Origin: Cetorhinus maximus
Lineage: Eukaryota
Assembly (NCBI RefSeq): GCF_964194155.1
Contig: NC_135901.1
Location: 21,948,001 to 22,012,000, forward strand
Direction: 5' to 3'
Length of the DNA: 64,000 nucleotides
Both the position numbers and the translations under genes were made by a program. Below are positions 37,061 through 48,831 of this stretch, piece after piece (position 1 is the stretch's first letter; every line of letters begins with the position of its first letter). A model generated the notes under the pieces. The model ran no database searches. It was not told the origin of the DNA and saw only the letters and a program-made list of their open reading frames with translations.

Positions 37061-37704
37061 AGGAGAGAAAATGATTGATTTTATTGTCAGTCTGCAGACG
37101 GGAGCTGGAGAACTGAACCCAGGCAGAGGAGAGGGAGGGAGAGAGAAAACTGGGAGTGGAGGAAAGAAATGATGGAGATGGTGAGATGGGTTTCGATTTC
37201 AGCCCAGGGAGGAGGGAGAGTGTGTGGGACGGGGATTTACAGCTTTGGGGGAACAAGAGAGGAAAAAATATTTCATAGAAACTGTCTGTTCTGAATTTCT
37301 AACCTGTACAGACAGTAAATAATTTTTAAAACTCTTTCCCAGGTTATTCAAATGAGAGGAATTACGACAGGAAACTGAAACGAAACACCACAGCATGATC
37401 TGACAGAATCATCAGGACCTGAATATCATTGGCCTCTGAATGTGAAGGAGAAGCATTTGTCTTCTGTTTGTGGGAGAAGATTTCAAACATCAGTGTGACT
37501 GGAAAATGACCGAGACACACACACCTGAGTTAGAGCATTCAAGCGAGGAAAGAGCTTTAACAAGTTACTCAGCCTGATAGACATTATACCATTCACATTG
37601 TACACCGGTTTACACTGGGGAGAGACCGTTCACCTGCTCCGATCTGTGTGTGCACAAGGTTTCAACTGATTGTCCAGCTGGGGCAACACAAAGACACGGG
37701 CACC

Positions 37705-38418
37705 ATGGAGAAACCATGGAAATGTGAGGATAAAGGATTCAATTATCCATCCCTTCTGAAAAGCCATCGCAGCTCTCATACTGGGGAGAAACTGTGGAAA
37801 TGTGAGGACTCTGATAAAGGATTCAATTATTCATCCCTGCTGGAAATCCATCGACGCATTCACACTGGGGAGAAACCATTCAACTGTTCCGTGTGTGGGA
37901 AGGGATTTACTCAGACAACCTCCCTGATGTTACACCAGAGAATTCACACTGAGGAGAGGCCCTTCAGCTGCACTTACTGTGGCAAGAGGTTCAACAGTAC
38001 ATCCACCCTCACCATACACAAGCGAATTCACACTGAGGAGAAACCATTCAGTTGCACAACCTATGGACAAAGGTTCAGATCTTCATCCACCCTCAGAACA
38101 CACCAGCGAGTTCACACTGGGGAGAGACCGTTCACCTGCTCCGTGTGTGGGAAGGGTTTCACTCAGTCATCCACCCTTATTGCACACCAGCGAGTTCACA
38201 CTGGGGAGAGGCCATTCACCTGCTCCATGTGTGGGAAAAGATTCACATGGTTATTCGTCCTCCAGTCTCACCACCGAATTCACACTGAGGAGAATCCATT
38301 CAGCTGCACAGCCTGTGGAAAGAGTTTCAGGCAGTCATCCAGCCTCACTGCACACCAGCGAGTTCACACTGGGGAGAGACCATGTGCAGGAAGGGATTCA
38401 CAAAGTCCTACAACCTGA
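37705..38418 (+). CDS. C2H2 zinc-finger protein E (about 5 intact plus degenerate fingers; last finger frameshifted)
   Basis: ORF from MEKPWKC. A deletion in the final finger shifts the stop from the paralogous HK-TGA at 38442. May be a pseudogene. Confidence 0.65.
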   Translation: MEKPWKCEDKGFNYPSLLKSHRSSHTGEKLWKCEDSDKGFNYSSLLEIHRRIHTGEKPFNCSVCGKGFTQTTSLMLHQRIHTEERPFSCTYCGKRFNSTSTLTIHKRIHTEEKPFSCTTYGQRFRSSSTLRTHQRVHTGERPFTCSVCGKGFTQSSTLIAHQRVHTGERPFTCSMCGKRFTWLFVLQSHHRIHTEENPFSCTACGKSFRQSSSLTAHQRVHTGERPCAGRDSQSPTT

Positions 38419-38496
38419 TGAGACATCAGCAAGTTCATAAATGACTGCAGCAGTTGGATTCTGCTGCTTTTGCTGCTGTTAATCACATCCAGGATT

Positions 38497-39687
38497 GACA
38501 GCCTGATCACCTGAGCCATCTTCCGCTTTATCTGGAGGTCGAAAATGGATTGTGTCCGCAGGGACACGATGTACAAGCCTCTAGATAAAGGGGGAAAAAA
38601 CGTGCCCAACATCGCCCTCATACTGATGGCCACCTTTGTGTGTGGCTGCATCAAGCAGTGCGTAGACCCTCAGTATGCAAACACCAAGTGTTACTCACTA
38701 CTTGCTGATGTTCTACTTGTCCTCAGTGTTGCGAAGGATGGGTCTGGCCACGCTGCCGTGGAACGCTCTAAGTAGTTGGACCATGCCGTACCACCTGTCC
38801 CTCATGGGAAAATTTATGCAGAGAAACACCTTTGACCACAAGTCCATCAGGCAGTGGTCAGCACGTAACGTCTTAGAGGCCCTGAGGGAAAAGGAGAGGG
38901 TGGATCCGGTGGGATGGTTCCCCGAGCAGACTGTCACAGTCATTTGGCAGAATGCCTCATTGCCAGAACTTTCCAACAAGCACCAAGACGTAGCTTGGCT
39001 GGTGGTGAGAAAGGCCCTCCCCGTCAGATCCTTCCTACATGCCAGGAGTCTCACCCCCTCTGCACGGTGCCCTCGAGATGGCTGTGGTGGGGAAGAGACT
39101 GTTGTTCACCTCCTTGTAGATTGTGCCTTTGCAAAGAAGGTCTGGAGAGAGATGCAGTGGTTTCTGTCGAGGTTCATCCTGAGCAGTTCTGTGACACAGG
39201 ACTCTGTGCTCTACGGGCTGTTCCCAGGGACACACACCGAGAGAAACATCAACTGCAGCTGGAGGATCATCAACTTGGTGAAAGACGCTCTTTGGTCTGC
39301 CCGAAACTTGTTGGTCTTCCAGCGCAAAGAGTTGTCCCCGACCGAGTGTTGCAGACTGGCACATTCCAAAGTCCAGGACTACGTGCTGAGGGATGCACTA
39401 AAGCTTGGGGCAGCTGCTGCAAAGGCGCAATGGGGAAGGGTCGCTGCTTAAGACCTTTCTGCCACAGTGCACTAAGGGACTGGGAACTGTTTAAATCCCC
39501 ACGGGCTGTACAGCTCAAAATGAATGTCTGCAAATGATTGTAATATTCATTTATTGTATTGATGCATTTCGTGATACACATTGTAAAAGTTGAACCTGAT
39601 TGTATTTTTGTGATGGTGATTTTGAAATGGTTTGAAATTTTGTTGAAGATATTTTGTGAATAAAGTATATTTTTGCAAAAAAAAAAG
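38497..39687 (+). mobile_element. Tx1/L1-clade LINE 3' fragment (copy 5)
   Basis: ORF 38675-39451 is near-identical to 5602-6351. aataaagtatattttt plus poly(A). No TSD. Confidence 0.9.
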
Positions 39688-40500
39688 ACAATGGCTTTGG
39701 TCTTCCCAATTTTTAATTGGAGGAAATTTCTGCTCATCCAGTACTAAATGTTGGATAAACAGTTTGATAATTTAGTAACAGGGGAGGAATGGAGAGGGAT
39801 GGTGGGGAGGTAGAGCTGGGCGTTGTCAGTGTACATGTGAAAACTAACGTGGTGCTTTTGGATGATGTCACCTTGTGGCAGCTTGTAGATGAGAAATAGG
39901 AGGGACCAAGGATAAATCATTGGGGGACACCAAGTTCAAGGACTTTGGATGGGAAATGGAGGTTGGAGATGGGCGGTAATTAGAAAAGATGGTGAGGTCA
40001 AAGGTTGTTTTTTTTAGGGAGGCAACAGTGGATTTAAAGGTGAGGGGGACAATATTGGAAGTGAGAGAGAACTGTTAACAATATCAGCTAACATGGAGAA
40101 GTTGGGTAGTCAGCAGTTTAGTGAGAATGGGGTCAAGGGAGCAGACGTCTGGTGTCTAAGCAGGGTGAATGACTGTGTGCATCTCTTCCCACACACAGAG
40201 CAGGTGAATGGTCTCTCCCCAGTGTGAACTCGCTGGTGTCTCAGCAGGGTGGGTCTCACAGACATGATGAGCTCTGACATGCTTGACCGGAGATCGGAGA
40301 GAAACTGGAGAAAGATGTGAGTTCAGAACTTGGAAAAAAGCGACTTTAGAGACAGTTTGGTCCGGTGGGTGAGTGGAAAGAAGGGAAGCAGCAGAGGCAG
40401 CTGATCAGATTGTCTCAATCTTAGTGACAAAGAAGCTCCATGAGCTCCTCACATTTGTTTTGGAGGTAAGGATGGAGGAGACAGGGAGAGGGAGAGCACT
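39688..40500 (-). mobile_element. L2-like remnant downstream of ZNF F (paralog of 17540-18210)
   Basis: Reverse complement matches 17540-18210. Confidence 0.75.
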
Positions 40501-40688
40501 TCAAAAGGGACTAATTTTTGTTAAAAAGACTCAACACACTGTATGTTTAACACAAAGCTGATTTATTTGACTTTTATCTAGAATATTCTCCTTATAACTG
40601 GGCTGGAGTTTATGAACATCAGCAGATAGACCCTAGTGAACATGGTTCAGTCCTGGATGTGATTAACAGCAAAATCCAATCATTGTAG

Positions 40689-41458
40689 TTATTTATGAAC
40701 TTGCTGGTGTGTCCACAGGCTGGAAAACTGAATGAATCCCTTTCCACACTTGGAGCAGATGAATGGTCTCTCCTCAGTGTGAACTTGCTGGTGTCTCAGC
40801 AGGGTGGATGACTGATTGAATCCCTCACCACACTTTGAGCAGGTGAATGATTTCTCTCCGCTGTGAGTGCGCTGGTGTATGGCAAGACAAGATGATCGTC
40901 TGAACTTAGTCCCACAATGAGAGCACCTGAACGGTCTCTTATCAGTGTGAACACATTAATGATGCATCAGTTCCTGGGAAGTTTTATAACACTTCCCACA
41001 GTCTGGGCATTTAAAAGGTCTCTCGTCGGTGTGAACTCACTGGTGTGTCATCAGGTTGGCTGAAGAAATAAACCCTTTCCCACATTCGGAGCAGGTGAAT
41101 GCCCTCTCCCCCGGGTGAACTCGCTGGTGTGTCTGCAAGTGGGATGACTGAGTGAATCCCTTTCCACACTCAGAGCAGGTAGATGGCCTCTGCCCCGTGT
41201 GAACTCGCTGGTGTGCCAGCAGGGTGGATAACTTTGCAAATCCCTTCCCACAGCCAGAGCAGGTGATCGGCCTCTCCCCAGTGTGACTGCGCTGATGGGT
41301 AATCAAATCCCTTCCCACGGTCCCACGTTTCCATGGTTTCTCCCCCTGTTGTGACTGCATTTATGTTCTGACAAGTCAGATGATTGGTTGAAGCCTCGTC
41401 CACACACAGAACACGTGTACAGTTTCTCCTCACTGTAAACAGTGCTTTTTCCTCCCAT
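40689..41458 (-). pseudogene. C2H2 zinc-finger pseudogene F
   Basis: MGGKSTV-type start and HTGERP units with frameshifts and stops. Terminal HK-TAA and 3' UTR are paralogous to B. Confidence 0.85.
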
Positions 41459-42224
41459 GTTCAAATTCAGATGATATTCAGGTTATGATACATTCGGTGA
41501 CTGTCAGATTTTGATGTGATGTTTGGTTTCTGTTTCCTGACTGAAAACCCTACCCTTCTCACACCCTGTGAAGTGAATCTTAAATAGAGAAAAGAGAGTG
41601 AGAGAGGACCCACAAAAACACAAAGGCAGGTTGTGAAATTGAGCTGAATGAATCTGGTAATTTGTGGGGCTGACACCAGGGAAAAGTGACCATGAAAACT
41701 GCTGGATTGTCGTAACAACCCAACTGGTTCACTAATGTTCTTCAGGGAAGGGAGCCTGCCACCCAGTCTGGAGTTACACAAGACCCTAGCCTCTAAGGGA
41801 GAAGAAGGAGAGAGAGAGAGAGACAGGAGAGAGAGAGAGATAGACAACTGGGAGAGGCAGGAGGTGAAGAAGAGGGATTTTATATATCTTTTTATATATC
41901 TACAACTCAATCAGAGCTTTGACAGAATCTCCCAAACCCTAAAGTCCCACCACTAGAAGGGCCATGGTAGCAGGCGTATGTAAACATCATCACCTCCAAA
42001 TTCCCCTCCAAGTCACACACCGTCCTGACTTGCCTGACATTCAATAATGGATGAACAGAAATCTCCTCCATTTAAATATTATGAAGACCAAAACCGTTTT
42101 CTTTAGTCCCCACTGCAAACACCATTTCTTAATCATTGACTCCATCCCTCTCCCTGGCAACTGCCTGAGGGTGAACCAGCTGTTCACAACCATGGAGTCA
42201 TATGAGATGAGCTTCCAACTCACA

Positions 42225-43510
42225 ATGGAGTAAAATATGGGAAAACGTGAAATTGTCCATTTTGGCAGGAAGAATAAAAAAGAAGCATATTATCTAAATG
42301 GTGAGAGATCGCATGGCTCTGAGATTCAGAGAGATCAAGGTGTCCTAGTGCATGAATCACAAAAGGCTAGTATGCAAGTACAGCAAGTAATCAGGAAAGG
42401 TAATAGAATGTTATCGTTTATTGTGAGGGGAATTGAATACTAAAGTAGGGAGATAAAAGCAAAATGCTGCGGATGCTGGAAATCTGAAAAAAATTGCTGG
42501 AAAAACTCAGCAGGTCTTACAGCATCTGTGGAGAGGAAAACAGAGTTAACTTTTCGAGTCCGAATGACTCGTCATCGGAACTAAAGAGAAATAGAAATGT
42601 GGTGAAATATAAGCTGTTTAAAGGGGGTGGGACAGGTGGAGCTGGATAGAGGACCAGTGATAGGTGGAGGCAAAGGAGAGATTGCCAAAGATGTCATAAA
42701 CAAAAGGTCAAAGGGGTGTTGACGATGGTGATATTAGCTAAAGTGTGTGCTAATGGTGACATTAAGGGTAGAAAGCAGGATGAGCAAGTGACAGATGGCC
42801 CTAGTTGGGGGAGGGGATCGAAATAGGCTAAAAGGTGGAGATAAAACAATGGATGGAAGTAAATTTTTTAAATAATCATAGAAATAGGTGGGAAAAGAAT
42901 ATATATATATATATATAAAAAATATATAATAATTATTAGAAAAAAGTAGGGAGGTTATGCTTTAGTTGTACAGGACACTGGTGAGACCACATCTGGAGTA
43001 TTCTATACAGTATTGATCTCCTTATTTAAGGAAATATGTAAATGCATTAGATGCAGTTCAGAGAAGGTTTACTAGGTCAATACCAAGAATGGGAGGGTCG
43101 TCTTATGAGGAAAGGTTGGACAGGTTTGGCTTGTATCCACTGGAGTTTAGAAAAGTAACAGGTGACCTGGTTGAAACCAGGTCCTGAGGGGTCTTAACAG
43201 GGTGGATGTGGAGAGGATGTTTCCTCTTGTGGGAGAAAATACAGCTCGGGGTCACTGGTTAAAAATAGAGGATCGCTCATTTAAGAGAGATGGGGAGAAT
43301 ATTTTTCACTCAGAGGGTTGTGAGTCTTTGGAACACACTCTTCCTCAAAAGGCAGTGGAAGCCAGTCTTTGAATATTTTTAAAGCAGAGCTAGACAGATT
43401 CTTGATTAACAAGGAGGTGAAAGGTTATCGGGAGTAGGCAGGAGGTTACAATCAGATCAGCCATGACCAGCTTGAAGGGCTTAGTGGCATTCTCTTGGTC
43501 CTAGTTCGTA
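42225..43510 (+). mobile_element. CR1 3' fragment interrupted by Penelope pseudo-LTR (42453-42942, minus)
   Basis: EIVHFGRKN and LVRPHLEY motifs. TSD AAAGTAGGGAG at 42442-42452 and 42943-42953. Confidence 0.82.
42544..42582 (-). ncRNA. Minimal hammerhead ribozyme-like motif
   Basis: AGUU CCGAUGA CGAGUC AUUCG GACUC GAAA AGUU AACU. Confidence 0.55.
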
Positions 43511-44341
43511 TGTATGTACCACATATCAGCATCATCACCAAGACAATCTATTTCCACCTCAGTGACATCGCCCAACTCCACCCCAGTCTCATTTCACCTG
43601 CAGCTAAAACTCTCATCCATTCCTTTGTTACCTCTAGACTTAACTAACCTAACGCACTCCTGGCTGACCTCCCACATTCAACATCCCTGTAAACATGAGG
43701 TCATCCAAAACTCGTGTGCGTACTCACACTAAGTCTTGTTCACCCATCACCCCTGCGGTCACTGACCTACAAAGGTTCCTAGTCAATAAGTAACTACATT
43801 TTAAAATTAAAGTTTTCATTCTTATTTTAAAATTCCTCCATGGCCCCTTCCTGTCTCAGTAATTTCCTCGAGGCTCACTTTCCCCCTTTAAGATACTCCA
43901 CAAAACCTACCTCTTTGACCATCTGCCCTTACATCTCCTTACATGACCCCTGTGCCAAATGTTGCTTTATAAAACTCCTGTGAAAACCCCCAGAATGTTC
44001 TATTACATGAAAGTGCTGTGAAAATGCATATTGTTCTTGTCACCTTCCTTCATCACCACTGGGTGAATAATCTGTAACCCCTGATCTAACAGCATTATGG
44101 GAGCACCTTCACCACACGGACTGCAGCAGTTCAAGAAGGTCAAACATCATCTTCTCCACAGGTAATTGGGGGTGGGTAATATCTGTTGCTGACCTTGTCA
44201 TTGACGCCCAAATCACAAAAAAACCTTTAAAAGTATGTATGTTAAACAGGTAAAAAACGTTTAAAGAAATACTTGTTCCTTGAACAATATCCATTTTCAT
44301 TACACCGACAGTCTTATTTCACCTCTTTTCTACTTTTACTT

Positions 44342-44380
44342 AGTTCTGTTGAAGAGTCATACGGACTCGAAACGTTAACT
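44342..44380 (+). ncRNA. Minimal hammerhead ribozyme-like motif
   Basis: AGUU CUGUUGA AGAGUC AUACG GACUC GAAA CGUU AACU, with perfect stems and AACGUU palindrome. A second degenerate copy with a CUGAAGA core is at ~44475-44513. Confidence 0.7.
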
Positions 44381-44784
44381 GTGCTCCTCTCCACAGATGC
44401 TGCCAGACCTGCTGAGTTTTTCCAGGTATTTTTATTTTAGTGTTTGTTTAACAACCTGATCTCTCCTGGATAAAAGCTCTGAAGAAGAGTCATACGGACT
44501 CAGAATGTTAACACTGTTTTTCACTCCACAGATGCTGTTAGACCTGTTGAATTTTTCCAGCATTTTCTGATTTTGATTTTGAAAGCTGTCTCAAACTCCA
44601 GGAGAAAACCGGACCTTTCTGTTTGTGGCTTTAAACAGATGAAACCCTGTGGGTGTGGAGCAAACACTTCAACATTTGTTCGTGAAAATTGGGAACATGA
44701 TGAAACAATGTATCAACAATTCAAGGGCTGACTTCAAGGGATAAATGGGCAGACAGGAAATGTCATCATTACAAATATACAAAC

Positions 44785-45860
44785 ATATGAAATAGAGCAG
44801 AGATCGGCCATTCAGCCCCTTGAGCCTGCTCCACCATTCAATAAGTTTATGGCTGATCTGTTTGTATTTCGAGTTTCAACTTTTCAACTACCCCTGATTA
44901 ACTTTGATTCCCTTGCCTAACAATAATCTATCTTCCTCTGCCTTAAAAATATTCAGTGATCCCGCCTCCAACACCTGATGAGGCAGAGTTCCAAAGTCGC
45001 ATAGCCCTCTGAGAGAAAAAAATTCTCCTCATCCCTGCCCTATAAGGGCGACCGCTAATTTTAGAGCAGTGCCCCCTGGTTCTGGACTCACCCACAAGAG
45101 GAAACATCCTTTCCACATCCACATACTCAAGACCATTCAGGATCTTATATACTTCAATCAAATCACCTCTCACTCTTTTAAATGCTAATGGAAACAAGCC
45201 CAGCCTGTCCAACCTATCCTCATAAGACAACCCGCTCTTTCCAGGTATCAATCTAGTAAACCTCCTCTGAACCGCTTCCAATGCATTTACATTTTTCCTT
45301 AAATAAGGGGACCAAAACTGCACAAAGTATTCGAAATGCAGTCTCTTCAATGACTTGTATAACTGAAGCATAATATGCTTACTTTTATGTTCAATTCCCC
45401 TTGTAATAAAATATAGCATTCCATTAGCCTCCTTGATTACATGCTTTACCTGCAGACTAACATTTTGTGACTCATGCACGAGAACACCTAGATATCCCTG
45501 CACCTTGGAATGCTGCAGTCATTCTCCATTTAAGTAAAACTCTACTTTATTATTCTTCCTGCCAAAGTGAACAGCTTCACATTTTCCCACATTATACTCC
45601 ATCTGCCTGCTCACTCAACTTATCTATATCTATCCGCAAACTCCTTATGTCTTCTTCAAAACATACTTTCCTACCTATCCTTGTTTCGTCTGCAAATTTT
45701 GCTACCATGCCTTCACTCCCCTCATCTAAGTCATTGATCTAAATTATAAAACGTTGAGGCCACAGGACAGACCCCTGTTAATCAAACACCCATTTATGCA
45801 TACTCACTGTTTTCTGCCAGCTAGTCAATCCTCTATCCAGGCTAATATGTTACCCCCCAG
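44785..45860 (-). mobile_element. CR1 LINE 3' fragment
   Basis: ORF 44943-45503: LGVLVH, LYKSL, EYFVQFWSP, LEAVQRRFTR, RGDLIEVYK. Confidence 0.88.
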
Positions 45861-46499
45861 ACTAGAACAAGGAGAGCCCCAGGTTTCAATAAATGAACTG
45901 ACAGAAAGGTTAGGACAGATTAGGGAGAAGATTAATACTGTCACCATTCAGAACAACACAGACTATAAAGGAACAACTGATCTCAAAAACAATCTCTTGT
46001 AGTTTGTAGTTAAGGAGGGGGTGTGCTGAATCAGATTTAAAGGGGTTAAATATGGTTTCCACGTTGGACATTCACATTCCAAGCTTCAAAAATTAGACAT
46101 GAAACCCCTCAATATTAATCATGACAAGTGGGAAATTCTAGCTGATGATCGATGCAAATGACACCAGCTGTAGGCAGGGTTTCACCACCACACCGACATG
46201 TGATTTCAGAAGCTTCAAAGCAGGCACCATCTCTGCAAACAATATGTCAGCTGAGATTATCCCGCAACATAAGTAATGAATACCTTCATATGTGGCACTT
46301 TTGACAGGCTTTGCCTTTCCAGAATCGGATTGTTTAGCCATCAGATGAAATGCAACAGATCATCTCGTCTGACCTCACCAAGGGTCTGAGGCTGCATTCC
46401 CATTATCTCTCACAGATGAAAGGATGCCAAGCATATGGAACAATCACGTTAAAATCAGGAACTCAGATGGGGATATGGATTGGTGTTAGGCGGGAAGCC

Positions 46500-47200
46500 T
46501 TAAAATCAGAGTGACAATATTTGAGAACTGATTCCTGTGATAGCAGCAATCCCATTGCTATCTGTTAGTAAGACTGATGGGGGTATTTAAAGTGAAGGCC
46601 GTAGATATGCTAGAGGATGGTGTACACGGGGAATTTGTGAAATATCAGAGGATAATAGTGAGGGGAAATGAAGGGATCTGGAAAAAAGAACAGATTCTTC
46701 CTGTTGTTACAAAGGAAGTGGGAACTGGTTGTACAGATGTCAGTTTTCGCACAACACACACAAACAAAACAAAAATGGGTAACTTCCCATCGATCAGGTG
46801 GACTAGACTTGCCTCACACCAGCTAACCTGACTACTGACTAAGATAAAGTATCGGATCCTGTAATGACCAAAAAGTTCAAAGTAGAAATTCAAGTAAATA
46901 TTACCCTCCAGGGATTACGAGCAGTTTTGACTATCTAATTCCAACACTTTCTCTGAACCTTAAATCTATAATGAACGACAGCTTGGACAGAAGCAGCAAT
47001 GAAAAGTTGAGTGATCAATAGATATTGAGCAGTCTATGGCCACCCGGGTGATCAGCCACAGTGGGAGATTTTAGACAATACAGGACAATATCCTTGGCTA
47101 ATTGCAGCCTCTACTTTCCACTTGGTATTACAGATTATGCTAATTCCTCTTACATTGATGATCTGTTTGAAGGTCAGGACACCAAACAGAATGGATGGAA
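46500..47200 (+). mobile_element. Possible LTR-retroelement RT remnant
   Basis: Short in-frame pieces PLLSVSKTDG, IAASTFH and YIDDLF (47151). They lie in different frames and are very degenerate. Confidence 0.3.
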
Positions 47201-48503
47201 ATATTGCTACAAACTCCCTGTGAACCTAACCTTCTGATTTCTGTTTTGTAACCACCTTTCCATCATTCTGCTGCCTGACCCTTCACTCCACACAGGCTGA
47301 TCTTGATCTCCTTGTAGATTGTACACACTGTTATGGATAACAAGCTGGTTACAAAACAGAAAACAAAAGAGGTTGAGAGCAACTACTCAGACTGGCAGAA
47401 GGTGGGAAGTGATGTTCCACAGGAAGCAATGCTGGGACCACAGTTATTTACAATTTACGTAAACGATTTGGACTCAGAAATCAGAAATCCAATTTTAAAG
47501 TTTAGTAGCAGAATTATAGTAAATCAATAGTTAATAAAACTTTGTCGCACAGTTCATTAAATCTATAATTTCAGTAGCAGACTGAACAATTACAAGAGGA
47601 AGTGATGAAATGAGTTATTTATGAATTAATTGATTACCAGATTGGGAGATACAGTTAATACTTAGGAAGACTGCAGCAAAATCCTGGGATCCAAAATGCA
47701 CAAATCAATAAAACAGGGAATTCTTGGAAACATGCTGCAGCTCCTTCTTTATCTGGAGATCAAATGTCAGTTGTATAATTGTTCCAGTAGTTAAAATGAT
47801 CCTGTGAACTCCTTCATGTGTTATTTTAATACAGACTTTAAACTTTTTTAACTGTATTTTATCATGTTAAAGGAGGTATATCAATATAAGTTGTTGTTGA
47901 CGTTGGCTTAAAGTGGTGGACTCAGGGCTGTCACTAAAAAACCCTAAAAACTTCACAGAATAATCACCATGGTCATTTTTAAACTGAAGACTTAATCCTG
48001 CTGTTTCAGATTCAGTCAAGAACAGAGCACAGTTTTACACCAATCTCTGATTTAACAGCACATTTCAAGTCTGCCTGACTCAGGTTGTACAACCACAGTT
48101 TTAAAGGAGCCTTCTGCTCTGTGCCTCAGAGCTTTGAAATACAATGGTTACAAAACAAAAATCAGGAGTTTAGATTTACAGGGAGTTTGTATTTTTTCAT
48201 CCATTTTTCTATGTGGCCTTGGACTCGACACAGCCTGACCTTGGTAATCTTTAGACTGTACGTACAGCACAGAAGCGGCTGGGACACATTTCTTACACAC
48301 CTGAAGATTAAATCAGATGGGAAAGGCAAAAATGTACAACAATGTGTTAAAAACAAAGCTTGATATTTATCCAGAATATTAAACAGCAGTCCATTTATAT
48401 GGTTTATTAACATCAGGAGAAACAAACTCCACTGTCAGAAAGAAAGAATTCAATCCTGAACATGATTAACACCAACAGTAATCGCAGAATCCAACTTCTA
48501 CAG

Positions 48504-48831
48504 TCACCTGTGAACTCGCTGGTGTGTCAGCCAGGAGCCTGACTGAGTGAGTCCCTTCCCACACATGGAGCAAGTGAATTATCCCTCCCCAGTGTGAGTT
48601 TGCTGGTGTCTCTGAAAGTTTGATGAATGATTGATTGCCTTCCCCCACACGGAGCATTTGACTGAACTCTGCTCAGTGTGAATGTGATGGTGTCTCAGAA
48701 GGCTGGGTGAATTAGTTAAACCCTTCCCACATTTGGAGCAGGTGAACGGTTTCTCCCCGTCAATGACTTTCCGCTTTTGATGGTGAATCAAATCCCTTCC
48801 CACAGCTCCCACATTTCCACGGTTTCTCCAT
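48504..48831 (-). pseudogene. Short C2H2 zinc-finger pseudogene G
   Basis: [14 protein letters not shown] start and about 4 damaged fingers. Conserved leader remnant to ~49130 and paralogous 3' UTR. Confidence 0.78.
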
